A stretch of 64,000 nucleotides of DNA from an uncultured Cytophagales bacterium (GTDB lineage: Bacteria; Bacteroidota; Bacteroidia; Cytophagales; Spirosomataceae): positions 40,293 through 104,292 of the forward strand of contig CAWGWS010000002.1 of NCBI GenBank assembly GCA_963826425.1. Direction: 5' to 3'. Within the stretch, counting starts at the first letter, position 1; each line of letters starts with the position of its first letter. A program made the position numbers and the translations under genes. A model generated the notes under the pieces. It was not told where the DNA came from and ran no database searches. It worked only from the letters and a program-made list of their open reading frames with translations. Positions 26,895 to 35,986 of this stretch are shown in pieces.

Positions 26895-27308
26895 CTACTC
26901 CGCAAAGAAAGGTTTGGCCAGTTCGATAAGGTCGGTGGGGGCGGGTTGCGGTCGCCCGCTGGTGGCCGATACAAATACCAGCGTTGTCTGACCGGTGTTG
27001 AGCAGTTGCCCGTCCTGGTTGAAAACCTCGTAGCTGAACAGGAGCCGGGTACTGGGCAGCTGCGGAATGGTGACCCGGATGGTGAGCAGATCATCGTACC
27101 GGGCGGGGCGGATAAACCGGCACGCGAGGTCATACACGGGCATCTGAATGCCGCGGGCTTCGAGATCTTTATAGTGCAGGCCGAGGTGCCGCAGAGCCTC
27201 CACGCGACCAATCTCGTAAAAGCGGGCGTAGTTGCCATAATAGACAATGCCCATCTGATCAGTATCGAAATACCGGACCCGAATGCCCGTAACGTCGTGG
27301 GTGTACAT
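26895..27308 (-). CDS. Acyl-CoA thioesterase, YbgC/4HBT hot-dog family
   Basis: VRYFDTDQMGIVYYGNYARFYEIGRVEALR (catalytic Asp region) is present, and the 137-aa size fits a hot-dog fold protein. Confidence 0.85.
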   Translation of the reverse strand: MYTHDVTGIRVRYFDTDQMGIVYYGNYARFYEIGRVEALRHLGLHYKDLEARGIQMPVYDLACRFIRPARYDDLLTIRVTIPQLPSTRLLFSYEVFNQDGQLLNTGQTTLVFVSATSGRPQPAPTDLIELAKPFFAE

Positions 27309-27387
27309 AAAAGTCGTCAGTATTTGGCCATCAGCCAGGCGTCATTCACCAGCTGGTGATGCATGATTACGGATTGATACCTGCCTT

Positions 27388-28425
27388 TTACTTCATAATC
27401 TTGCGCCGGGTCAGCTCCTGCTGGTACAGGCGGGCATTGGCCAGGTGTTCGGCCAGGGTTTTGGAGAAGGTGTGGTAGCCGTTGAATTTGGCATTGACCA
27501 CAAAAAACAGGTAGTCATGCTGCTCGGCGTTCAGCACGGCATCGATGGTGGCGGGGGAGGGGAGATTGATGGGGCCGGGCGGTAAACCGGCGTACCGGTA
27601 CGTATTATAGGGCGAGTCGATCGAGAGCTGACGGGTCAGCAAACGCCGGATGCCGAAATCGCGCAGGGCAAAGATTACGGTGGGGTCGGCTTCGAGTTTG
27701 ATGCCGCGCTTAATCCGATTCAGGTACACGCCCGCCACGCGCGGCTGCTCGTCGCGTTTGTTGGTTTCAGCCGCTACAATAGAGGCCAGCACCTGCACCT
27801 GCACCTGGCTCAAACCCAGCTCTTTGGCTTTGGCCTGCCGGTCGGGGGTCCAGAATTTTTTGTATTCAGCTGCCATCCGGTCCAGAAACGCATCGGGCTT
27901 GATGGTCCAGAAAATCTGGTATGTATTCGGCAAAAACATCGTCACAATGGTAGTGGTGTCAAAGCCGTATTTCTGCGTCACGGCGGGGTCGTTGAGCCGC
28001 TCGGCCAGGGCGTCGGAGCCAAATATAAATTTGCTGCCTACCCGATCAATCAAATCGCTTTTCTGACGCATGCTGTTGAAGGTCAGCGTGAGCGGGTCTT
28101 CACTGCCGTTACGCAGTTTCACCAGAGCCGCCCGGTTACCCATCAGGGGAGTAATCTCGTAGCGCCCTACCTTCACCCGGTCGGGGTACTTCATCAGCTT
28201 GGCCAGAAACCGAAATGATATCTCGTCGTTTAACACGTCGTTCTTCTTGAGCGTATCCACCACCGACTCAAACGTGGAGCCGGGTGGAATGAGCAGGGCA
28301 AAGGTTTTGTCGCCTTCCTGCGTTTGTAAGTTCGGGCTGCGATAGATCTGCCAGAAGTAAAAAGTAAACGTCGTCAGCAGGATGGAGACGGTAAGGAACA
28401 AGCCGATTTTAAGGGTACGCGACAT
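27388..28425 (-). CDS. mltG: Endolytic murein transglycosylase MltG (YceG-like)
   Basis: N-terminal TM anchor, ASIVAAETNKRDEQPRVAGVYLNRI (catalytic Glu region) and SPYNTYRYAGLPPGPI. Confidence 0.9.
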   Translation of the reverse strand: MSRTLKIGLFLTVSILLTTFTFYFWQIYRSPNLQTQEGDKTFALLIPPGSTFESVVDTLKKNDVLNDEISFRFLAKLMKYPDRVKVGRYEITPLMGNRAALVKLRNGSEDPLTLTFNSMRQKSDLIDRVGSKFIFGSDALAERLNDPAVTQKYGFDTTTIVTMFLPNTYQIFWTIKPDAFLDRMAAEYKKFWTPDRQAKAKELGLSQVQVQVLASIVAAETNKRDEQPRVAGVYLNRIKRGIKLEADPTVIFALRDFGIRRLLTRQLSIDSPYNTYRYAGLPPGPINLPSPATIDAVLNAEQHDYLFFVVNAKFNGYHTFSKTLAEHLANARLYQQELTRRKIMK

Positions 28426-28609
28426 ACATCAGGTAAAATGTGCTGCGGCAAATTTACGGCAAAAGTCGTCAGAACCCGTTGCCTCCGGGATGAACGGCGC
28501 GTGGAACTGCCCATAATTGTTTGGCTGATTTACCCGCGGACGGCCGCATCGGCCCGTGCCAAAATTCCGTATATTTAACGGTACGTTCCAACGCCGGCTT
28601 ATCTCGCAA

Positions 28610-30151
28610 ATGCATCAGCAACCTTTCCTATTCAGGCATTTCAGGGCAGCCCTGCTCACGTGTCTGCTGCTGGGCGCGGTACCGGGCAGCGCGCAGAACC
28701 TGATTCCAAACGGAAGCTTTGAAGCCTATCGGGACTGCCCCCGCCAAAACAACCAGCTTGACGAAGCCCTGCCCTGGTACAACCCCACCCGGGCCACCCC
28801 CGACTTTTATAATCTGTGTTATCCGGCCTTCCGGTCGCCGTTACCCGCCCATACCGGCCAGGGAATTGCGGGCTTGTTTTTTGACCGGGACTGGGCCGAA
28901 TACCTGGCCGTTAAACTGACCGAACCCCTCAAAGCCAACTCGTGCTATTATTTCTCGATGTATGTCACGACCGACGCGCCCCCCAAGTACATTGCCGGCA
29001 CCATTGGCGCGGGCTTTACCGCCCAGCCGGTCGGGAGCACCAACTCGCTGCTGCTGCCCGTCCGTCCGCAAATTCTGGACCGGCGCACCGACCGGCGGCC
29101 ACGCCTGACCTGGGAGCGCATCGACGGCGTGTTTGCGGCTGCGGGCAACGAGCAGTACGCCCTGATTGGAAGCTTTGTCACGCTACCCGTCTTTCTGGGA
29201 TTTTACGACATTTTTATCGACGATGTTTCGCTGATTCCGGTCAAACTTGACCTGGGCGCCGACACAACGCTCTGTGGCCGCCAAAGCACGCTAACCCTCG
29301 ACGCTACCACGCCGGGCGCCACTGAGTATCGTTGGGATGACGGCAGCACCCGGCCCACCCGGCTTATAACCCGTCCCGGTCTGTATTCCGTATCGGCCAT
29401 TACGGCCTGCAAAACCTTTACCGACTCTATTAAAGTTGACTATGCGCTTGATTTCGACTTGGGCCGCGATACCACCCTTTGCCGCGGACAGACGCTTACC
29501 CTGACCGTTCCTGATGCCCCGGCCGCTTCGTTTCGCTGGCAGGACGGCAGTACCCAAAACACCCTGACCATACGCGGGCCGGGCAAGTACCGGGTTGTGG
29601 TCAAACAGGCTACCTGCACCATTGCTGACAGCCTGCAGGCCCGCTTTATTCTGCCGCCCACGCTGGAACTCGGGCCCAACCGCGACCTGTGCGGGGCCGA
29701 AACGGTTACGATTGAGCCGGTGGTGGCCGAGGGCACATTCTTCTGGCAGGACCAGTTTGCGGACCTCCGGCGGCTGGTAAATCAGTCGGGCGTGTTCCGG
29801 GCGGGGGTACGTAATGACTGCGCCACCGTGCTGGATTCGGTGCGCATCAGCTACGGCGCCTGCGACTGCGTGCTGTACGCGCCCACGGCCTTTTCGCCCG
29901 ATAACGACGGTCTGAACGATGTGTTTCTGGCCTACGGCTGTGGTGACCTGACCATTACCTCGCTGGCGGTTTTTGATCGCTGGGGTGAGGTAGTCTTCCA
30001 GACCCAGACCCCGCCGTTTCAGTGGAACGGGTCGTACCGGGATAAACGCTGCGACCCGGGCGTGTATGCCTGGCGGGTTGAGTACCTGCTCAAACAGGGC
30101 GACAGCCAGACCCGAAACCGCGAGCAGGGATCGGTGCTGCTGCTGCGCTGA
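28610..30151 (+). CDS. T9SS type-B sorting domain (gliding motility-associated C-terminal domain) protein with three internal tandem repeats
   Basis: The C-terminus PTAFSPDNDGLNDVF...VFDRWGEVVF...WNG...YAW is the CHU_C-type domain. It has a signal peptide (MHQQPFLFRHFRAALLTCLLLGAVPGSAQ) and three repeats of about 65 aa, each with conserved Cys. Confidence 0.82.
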   Translation: MHQQPFLFRHFRAALLTCLLLGAVPGSAQNLIPNGSFEAYRDCPRQNNQLDEALPWYNPTRATPDFYNLCYPAFRSPLPAHTGQGIAGLFFDRDWAEYLAVKLTEPLKANSCYYFSMYVTTDAPPKYIAGTIGAGFTAQPVGSTNSLLLPVRPQILDRRTDRRPRLTWERIDGVFAAAGNEQYALIGSFVTLPVFLGFYDIFIDDVSLIPVKLDLGADTTLCGRQSTLTLDATTPGATEYRWDDGSTRPTRLITRPGLYSVSAITACKTFTDSIKVDYALDFDLGRDTTLCRGQTLTLTVPDAPAASFRWQDGSTQNTLTIRGPGKYRVVVKQATCTIADSLQARFILPPTLELGPNRDLCGAETVTIEPVVAEGTFFWQDQFADLRRLVNQSGVFRAGVRNDCATVLDSVRISYGACDCVLYAPTAFSPDNDGLNDVFLAYGCGDLTITSLAVFDRWGEVVFQTQTPPFQWNGSYRDKRCDPGVYAWRVEYLLKQGDSQTRNREQGSVLLLR

Positions 30152-30216
30152 CTACCTGAAAAGCCCTGTTTCATTAGAAAAAGCCGTAATTTTGGACGAA
30201 TATACACCGCTTCGTT

Positions 30217-31428
30217 TTGGTCGTTCGCCCGTTTTCGCTGCCCCGCTCCGCCGATGGTTCGGCTTTGTTTACCCTCTCATTCTGGCTGCTCTGTCTGAGC
30301 AATTTCCTGTTCTCGGCCAGTTTTTCCATGATGATTCCCGAACTGCCCGCTTACCTGACCGATATGGGCGGGCGCGAGTACGTTGGGCTGATTATCGCCC
30401 TCTTTACGCTCACGGCGGGTGTGTCGCGCCCATTCAGTGGTAAAATCACTGATACCGTGGGGCGGGTGCCGGTCATGGCGTTTGGGTCATTGGTCTGTTT
30501 CGTCTGCGGGTTTCTGTACCCGTATCTGCTCACGGTGGGCGGGTTCCTGACGCTTCGGCTCGTGCATGGCTTCTCGACCGGCACCAAACCCACCGCCACC
30601 GCTGCCTACGTGGCCGATGTGGTGCCCGCCACCCGCCGGGGCGAAGCCATGGGTATGCTCGGTTTGTTTACGGCAATGGGCATGTCGCTCGGTCCGGCCA
30701 TCGGGAGCTGGCTGGCCACTGATTTTTCGATGAACATCATGTTCTGGACCTCGTCAGCATTCGCACTGCTGTCAATCGGGATTCTGCTCCGGATGCCCGA
30801 AACACTGGCGCAGCCGCAACGCTTTACATGGTCATTGCTGCGGCTCAGGAAAGACGAGCTTTTTGATCGGGCTGCCATTCCGCCGTTTATCGTACTGGGG
30901 CTACAGTCGTTCAGCTATGGCGTGGTACTAACGCTGGTTTCAACCCTGAGTACCAACCTCGGCATTGCCAACAAAGGCCTGTTCTTTACGGTCTATACCC
31001 TGGCCTCGCTGGGTATCCGACTGCTGTTCAGCCGAACCTCAGACCGGCGCGGACGGGTGCCGGTGCTGATCTGGTCAACGGCCCTGCTGGCCGTATCGGT
31101 CGGGTTGCTGATGGTGGCGTACAACCCGTTCATTTTCTGGACAGCGGCCCTGCTCTACGGGGCGGCTTCGGGCCTGAACTCACCCACCGTACAGGCCTGG
31201 ACCGCCGACCTCGCCGACGAAAAAACGCGGGGTCGGGCCATGTCCACCATGTATATCGCGCTGGAAGCCGGTATTGGTCTGGGGGCACTGGGATCCGGCT
31301 GGCTGCTCAATCACGCACCGGCCAACGCCAGTTTGCCGGCTTCGTTCGGGCTGAGTGCGGTACTGGCCCTGGTAGCGGTGGGGTACCTGGTCTGGTTTAA
31401 GCGAGGTAAGTCAGCACGTGCAGTCTGA
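30217..31428 (+). CDS. MFS transporter
   Basis: About 12 TM segments with the MFS signature-like GKITDTVGRVPVM and SDRRGRVPVL loops. The start is a TTG from the ORF track and is uncertain. Confidence 0.8.
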   Translation: MVVRPFSLPRSADGSALFTLSFWLLCLSNFLFSASFSMMIPELPAYLTDMGGREYVGLIIALFTLTAGVSRPFSGKITDTVGRVPVMAFGSLVCFVCGFLYPYLLTVGGFLTLRLVHGFSTGTKPTATAAYVADVVPATRRGEAMGMLGLFTAMGMSLGPAIGSWLATDFSMNIMFWTSSAFALLSIGILLRMPETLAQPQRFTWSLLRLRKDELFDRAAIPPFIVLGLQSFSYGVVLTLVSTLSTNLGIANKGLFFTVYTLASLGIRLLFSRTSDRRGRVPVLIWSTALLAVSVGLLMVAYNPFIFWTAALLYGAASGLNSPTVQAWTADLADEKTRGRAMSTMYIALEAGIGLGALGSGWLLNHAPANASLPASFGLSAVLALVAVGYLVWFKRGKSARAV

Positions 31429-31549
31429 TACCCGGTGGAAATGCTGTTAACACTAACGCTAATTGGCTCACGTGGCCAGCGCTGGCGGGCGGTCGAAAAT
31501 GAGGAATCATAGAGGAAAAAGAACCGGATAGACACGCTATACGGCTCAT

Positions 31550-31586
31550 GAAAAAACGACCAGTATTCTACACCGGTCGTTTTTTC
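31550..31586. terminator. Bidirectional terminator between the MFS gene (+) and crtZ (-)
   Basis: A-run (31551-31556), ACGACC (31556-31561) pairing with GGTCGT (31575-31580), then a T-run (31581-31585). Confidence 0.55.
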
Positions 31587-31615
31587 GTTCGTGACAGAAT
31601 GGTTGGCTGGTACTT

Positions 31616-32071
31616 TCAGACCCGTGCTTTTGGCTCAAATTTCTTGGGGGCGAATAGAAACCCGAAGGCTTCGCTACCCTCTTTCGTATGAACGCGGTGG
31701 TGAATGTAGTGGGCATGCATGATCCGGCGCATATACGGGTGTTTTGCCGAATACTTGATCTTGATTCGCCGGTGAACAATAATGTCGTGGAAAACAAAGT
31801 AAAACGCGCCGTATATCATCACGCCAATACCGATCCAGAGCAAAAACCAAAGGCTTTCAACCCGCAAACCAATGGCAATGGTAGCAATCGAGACAAGGCT
31901 GAATACGACGGAGAAATAATCATTTTTCTCGAAAAAGCCTTTGTGATGGTTATGGTGGTCTGCGTGCCAATTCCACATCAGACCATGCATAACATACTTG
32001 TGAATGAACCAGGCGGCTCCTTCCATGGACAGGACGGTGGCAACAACAATCGAAATTTTAAGCCAGATCAT
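31616..32071 (-). CDS. crtZ: Beta-carotene 3-hydroxylase CrtZ
   Basis: His boxes HADHHNHH, HDIIVHRR and HAHYIHH in a 151-aa, four-TM protein fit the CrtZ pattern. Confidence 0.87.
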   Translation of the reverse strand: MIWLKISIVVATVLSMEGAAWFIHKYVMHGLMWNWHADHHNHHKGFFEKNDYFSVVFSLVSIATIAIGLRVESLWFLLWIGIGVMIYGAFYFVFHDIIVHRRIKIKYSAKHPYMRRIMHAHYIHHRVHTKEGSEAFGFLFAPKKFEPKARV

Positions 32072-32143
32072 AACAAATAACGGAGGGATATATGCTTGTT
32101 TGGAACATAAAAATAAGAAGCAAAGTTTGTCGTCGACCTTAGG

Positions 32144-32872
32144 TCAATGAGGCTGGATCGCTGTTTTTTCCCGGGCTTCGGCCAACTTCCACCAGGGTAG
32201 GTAGGGATAGGCGTGGTGTTCATGATGGTATCCGAAAAAGTAACAGCTCAAAAAAGCCAGTGTGTGATTGAGCTTCTGGCTGCGGGCGTTGTGCGGGGTT
32301 GCATGGTGTTCGCCCCGGTGGGGCAGATACGTCCCGAAAATGAACAGCTGAACTGTGCTGAGCCAGGCGGGTACTATCCAGAACACGACCAGGTTTTCCA
32401 CCGGAAACCAAAGGTTGAGCACGGTGTACGTAGCCGCCATGGCCAGCACCTGCCAGACGGATATGTATTCGAGCAAAAAGCTGAACCACCAGGCCAGTAG
32501 GTTTGGGTTGCCGCTGTGGTAATCCGGATCCTCGTGCGAGGCTGGGTGCTTGTGGTGCAAATGGTGTTTCCTGTACAACTTGCCATAATTGTTGTAAGCA
32601 AAGATGAGTGCGGAAAGACGACCAAGCCAGCGATTGACACGCGGGTGTTGTGGCGCAACCATACCGTGAATGGAGTCGTGGGCCGTGATAAAAACGCCCG
32701 TAAACAGGTGCGTCTGAACCAGCACAAACAGGTAAACGAGCGGGTCGTTCCAGTGGATGGTGTAATTGAGCAGAAACGCCAGCATCAGCGCCCAGCTGAT
32801 CAGGATAGCCACTGCGATAAAAATGCCTTTCCTGCCGATTTGAACCGGCTTTATCTGAACCGTTGAGATCAT
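32144..32872 (-). CDS. crtW: Beta-carotene ketolase CrtW-type (fatty acid desaturase superfamily)
   Basis: His boxes HDSIHG, HHLHHKHP and HHEHHAYPYLPWW are present. I took the internal ATG at 32872 (MISTVQIKP...). Confidence 0.83.
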   Translation of the reverse strand: MISTVQIKPVQIGRKGIFIAVAILISWALMLAFLLNYTIHWNDPLVYLFVLVQTHLFTGVFITAHDSIHGMVAPQHPRVNRWLGRLSALIFAYNNYGKLYRKHHLHHKHPASHEDPDYHSGNPNLLAWWFSFLLEYISVWQVLAMAATYTVLNLWFPVENLVVFWIVPAWLSTVQLFIFGTYLPHRGEHHATPHNARSQKLNHTLAFLSCYFFGYHHEHHAYPYLPWWKLAEAREKTAIQPH

Positions 32873-33165
32873 GTATATACCCTGTTTAACCGCCTGTCTC
32901 CTAACTGGTTTCCAGTCCGACTTGTTAAGGACGCGTATTCTATACAACCAGTAAACGTTGAGCCGGGACCAATGGTGCCGAATCGGGCATATTGTCCTAA
33001 AGAAGCCTGACTGATTCAGGACCGGCTTGAGGTAACAAAGATACAGGTGCCTAGTGGTACTTCTTCGGTATGGCTAACTCTGGCCTGCCGCCCTGTTTGA
33101 GCTATTTTTCCTGATCTGTGGTGAGCCTGTTGGGGCGGGTGATAAGGGCGACTATGAGACGGTTA

Positions 33166-33210
33166 GGAAAAACAAAAACGTCCAAATCAAAGAGAAATGG
33201 ACGTTTTTTT
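33166..33210 (-). terminator. Terminator downstream of tRNA-Leu
   Basis: ACGTCCA (33178-33184) pairs with TGGACGT (33198-33204). It is flanked by an A-rich run on one side and a T-run on the other, so the minus-strand reading is a hairpin followed by UUUUGUUUUU. Confidence 0.6.
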
Positions 33211-33213
33211 ACG

Positions 33214-33296
33214 TGACCACGGGGAGACTCGAACTCCCATGCCTTGTGGGCACCACCCCCTCAAGATGGCGTGTCTACCAGTTTCACCACGTGGCC
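33214..33296 (-). tRNA. tRNA-Leu (anticodon GAG), type II with a long variable arm; CCA not encoded
   Basis: The minus-strand reads GGCCACG-TG-D arm-CCATC-TTGAGGG-GGTGG-variable arm TGCCCACAAGGCAT-GGGAG-TTCGAGT-CTCCC-CGTGGTC-A. This folds into a cloverleaf with a 7-bp acceptor stem (one G-U), a T-loop TTCGAGT and anticodon GAG. Length is 83 nt. Confidence 0.92.
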
Positions 33297-33469
33297 AGAT
33301 CGTGCGCAACACCGGGCTTGCCGTTTGTTGCGGGTGCAAAGGTAATTATTCGCGCTTTGTTTGCAAATGAGCCCTCCGAAAGTTTAGTCTATTTTGAGCA
33401 ATCAATGGGCTTTTTGGCCTTTTTTTCGTACTTTTATCCATCCAAATAAACTGTAATCGCCTACCCAAC

Positions 33470-33904
33470 ATGGCATTAGAATTAGTCGGTAAACTCGTGA
33501 AAATTTTACCCGAAGTAACGGGTCAGGGGAAAAATGGCCCCTGGAACAAACAGGAATTTGTTCTCGAAACGCTCGATACGCAATATCCGAAAAAGGTATG
33601 CATGACCGCCTGGGGCGATAAAGCCGGTGACCTGAAGCAATTTGCCGATGGCGACATGATCAAAGCTACGTTCAGCCCCGAATCCCGCGAATACAACGAA
33701 CGCTGGTATACTGAACTTCGGGCCTACCGCATCGAAACCGGCGAGGGTGCTTCGACAGGTGGAAATGAAGGTGGGGGTGGGGGTTATGCCGCTCCGGCCA
33801 GCCGTCCGGCTCAGGCTGCACAGCGGCCCGCTCAACCGAGTCAGCCCGCCGGTATGCCGTTTAACACCACTTTTGAAGACGACAGCAACGACCTGCCGTT
33901 CTAG
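33470..33904 (+). CDS. DUF3127 domain protein with an SSB-like disordered linker and acidic C-terminal tip
   Basis: The N-terminus LVGKLVKILPEVTGQGKNGPWNKQEFVLETLDTQYPKKVCMTAWGDKA fits the DUF3127 pattern. A Gly/Pro/Gln/Ala-rich linker follows, and the protein ends FEDDSNDLPF. Confidence 0.85.
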   Translation: MALELVGKLVKILPEVTGQGKNGPWNKQEFVLETLDTQYPKKVCMTAWGDKAGDLKQFADGDMIKATFSPESREYNERWYTELRAYRIETGEGASTGGNEGGGGGYAAPASRPAQAAQRPAQPSQPAGMPFNTTFEDDSNDLPF

Positions 33905-33925
33905 TAATGGGCTGGTGTGACGAAC

Positions 33926-33970
33926 GGGAGCGAACGAGCAGGTACTGTTCATTCGCTCCCGTTTTTGTTT
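33926..33970 (+). terminator. Intrinsic terminator after the DUF3127 gene
   Basis: GGGAGCGAA (33926-33934) pairs with TTCGCTCCC (33952-33960), followed by GTTTTTGTTT. Confidence 0.72.
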
Positions 33971-34060
33971 AAAAGCTGTTTGAGCCAGCCCTATTCGCGC
34001 CTGGCAACCCGTTCAATCCGTTTCCCAAACTGAACCTTCTTCTGCTTTCCATACCTGCCA

Positions 34061-34771
34061 ATGCGCCTGTTCATACCCACACTACTCGGCCTGCTGCTGC
34101 CCGGACAGGGGTGGGGACAGGCTGCGCTGCTCAGTCGGGCCGACTCGCTCTTTGCTGCAGGTAGTCAAACCGAAGCCGGACAGCTCTACGAGCAGGTCAT
34201 TGCCGGGGGATACCCGCCCACCAATACCATGCTGCTGAAACTGGCCAGTGCCCATGAACGGCAGAACGATGCTCCCCGGCTGCTGTACTACCTTCAGCTT
34301 TATTTTGATCAACATCCTGACGATACCGTGCTGCGCAAGATGAGCGAGGTTGCTAAGGCGAATAACCTGACCGGGTACGAGATGGATGATTTGAACTATT
34401 TTTATCTGTTCTATCGAAAGTACAACCTGTACGTGTTTCTGCTTTTTTTTATACCGGCGGGCTACGGGTTCGGCGTTTTTTGGCTCAAGCAACGCCGTCA
34501 GCAACTTATTTCGGATCGGCAGAAAGGGACTTTTGTAGCGTACCTGCTTCTGCTCCTTGTCTTTATCAATTTACCGCAGCGGGTACAGACGGGTATTACG
34601 AAAGGGAATCGCGTCTTGTTGCGGGTGGAGCCGTCGGGAGCGGCTTCCGTGGCTGAAATTGTGGGTCGGGGCAACAAAATGAACATCTTTGGTACCAAAG
34701 ATATTTATCTGCGCGTACTCTGGCGAAACCAGATTTATTACGTCCGGCGCGACGACGTGTGGGTTATTTAA
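34061..34771 (+). CDS. Hypothetical membrane protein (N-terminal TPR-like region, two TM helices, C-terminal SH3-like region)
   Basis: Signal-like N-terminus, helical repeat region (AGQLYEQVI..., LLYYLQLYF), TM segments (LYVFLLFFIPAGYGFGVFWL and VAYLLLLLVFI) and a beta-rich tail. The domain labels are tentative. Confidence 0.62.
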   Translation: MRLFIPTLLGLLLPGQGWGQAALLSRADSLFAAGSQTEAGQLYEQVIAGGYPPTNTMLLKLASAHERQNDAPRLLYYLQLYFDQHPDDTVLRKMSEVAKANNLTGYEMDDLNYFYLFYRKYNLYVFLLFFIPAGYGFGVFWLKQRRQQLISDRQKGTFVAYLLLLLVFINLPQRVQTGITKGNRVLLRVEPSGAASVAEIVGRGNKMNIFGTKDIYLRVLWRNQIYYVRRDDVWVI

Positions 34772-34849
34772 TGGACAAGCCGCGACGCATACACATGGCG
34801 TACCCGGTAGGGATGTACGTCATGCGTATAGCTGAACTGTGCCTTGGGC

Positions 34850-35920
34850 TTAGTTAACCCGTAGTTTCTGACCAGGCCGGATACGTCCCCGTGAAGAAAG
34901 GTGATTTTTACGCAGCAGCGTTGAAACCGACATACCGTAGCGGCTGGCAATACTCGACACCGTTTCGCCCGACCGGACGCGGTGCAGCACGGTCCGCTTG
35001 ATACGTGGTTTGGAGACCCCTTCGCCCGACGGGGAACGACCGCCCCGCAGGTAATCCCAGACGTTGCTGGTGAGCAGAAAATGGTCGGAGTTAATGGTAT
35101 TTTCGGGAAACGAATAGATGTTGAGCGGGCTGAACGGGTTGCCCTCAAAGCGGGTCTCAAAGTGCAGGTGGGGCCCGGAGCTGCGGCCCGTGCTGCCGCC
35201 CAGTCCCAGCTGATCGCCCGCTTTTACAAGTTGCCCCTGCTCTACGGTCTGCTTGGACATGTGTCCGTACAGCGTTTCCAGGCCGTTATAATGCCTGACC
35301 AGAACATAACGTCCGTAGCCGCTGCCATCCCAACCCACAATGCGCACCATACCATCAAAAGAAGCGTAAATGGGATCGCCGGTTTCCAGATCGAGGTCCG
35401 TGCCGGTATGCCAGCGGCCCCAGCGGTAGCCAAAGTTAGAGGTCATCTTGCCCTCGGTCATCGGCGCTGACCAGTAGCGATTGGCCGGTGGATCGTACAG
35501 TTTGATGTCGATGACTTCCTCGAACTGGAGCGGATCAATGCCGTAGGGATCGATGGTACGGGAATCCCAGACGGCATAGTAATCGGCAATTTTAACCCAT
35601 TCGCTGCCCACCAGTACCGAATCAATAACTTCAACGACGCTGGTTTCGCCCTGATCGATCTGGCTGGTATCTTCGCTGACAACGGGGTTCAGCGCTTTTG
35701 CGGGTTCAAACTGCGAATTGAAGCGCAGGGGCGTGGGCTCCTGATCGTAGGGCGTCTCGGTCGGTCTGATGTTATCAACTACCGGCCCGCCGGGTGTCGT
35801 CTGGGTTTTAGGGGTAATCTTCAGATTATTCTTAAAGCGGCCTCGCTCCTGGGCGGTTGCGGTTCCGGTCAGGCCCAGACAGCCAGCGGCCAGAAGCCAA
35901 TAAACAACGGTTTTTATCAT
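34850..35920 (-). CDS. M23 family metallopeptidase with a C-terminal LysM domain
   Basis: HTGTDLDL, YGHMSK and GSTGRSSGPHLHFE are M23 motifs. The C-terminal HRVRSGETVSSIASRYGMSVSTLLRKN is LysM. A signal peptide is present. Confidence 0.88.
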   Translation of the reverse strand: MIKTVVYWLLAAGCLGLTGTATAQERGRFKNNLKITPKTQTTPGGPVVDNIRPTETPYDQEPTPLRFNSQFEPAKALNPVVSEDTSQIDQGETSVVEVIDSVLVGSEWVKIADYYAVWDSRTIDPYGIDPLQFEEVIDIKLYDPPANRYWSAPMTEGKMTSNFGYRWGRWHTGTDLDLETGDPIYASFDGMVRIVGWDGSGYGRYVLVRHYNGLETLYGHMSKQTVEQGQLVKAGDQLGLGGSTGRSSGPHLHFETRFEGNPFSPLNIYSFPENTINSDHFLLTSNVWDYLRGGRSPSGEGVSKPRIKRTVLHRVRSGETVSSIASRYGMSVSTLLRKNHLSSRGRIRPGQKLRVN

Positions 35921-35934
35921 CAGAATTCAGTCTG

Positions 35935-35984
35935 CGGTTCCGGCATCCTGTTCGCAGTTTGCGATGAACGGGATGCCGGAACCG
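35935..35984 (-). terminator. Strong hairpin directly after the trxB stop (terminator-like, no clear U-tract)
   Basis: CGGTTCCGGCATCC (35935-35948) pairs perfectly with GGATGCCGGAACCG (35971-35984). The trxB stop is at 35987-35989. Confidence 0.5.
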
Positions 35985-35986
35985 GA

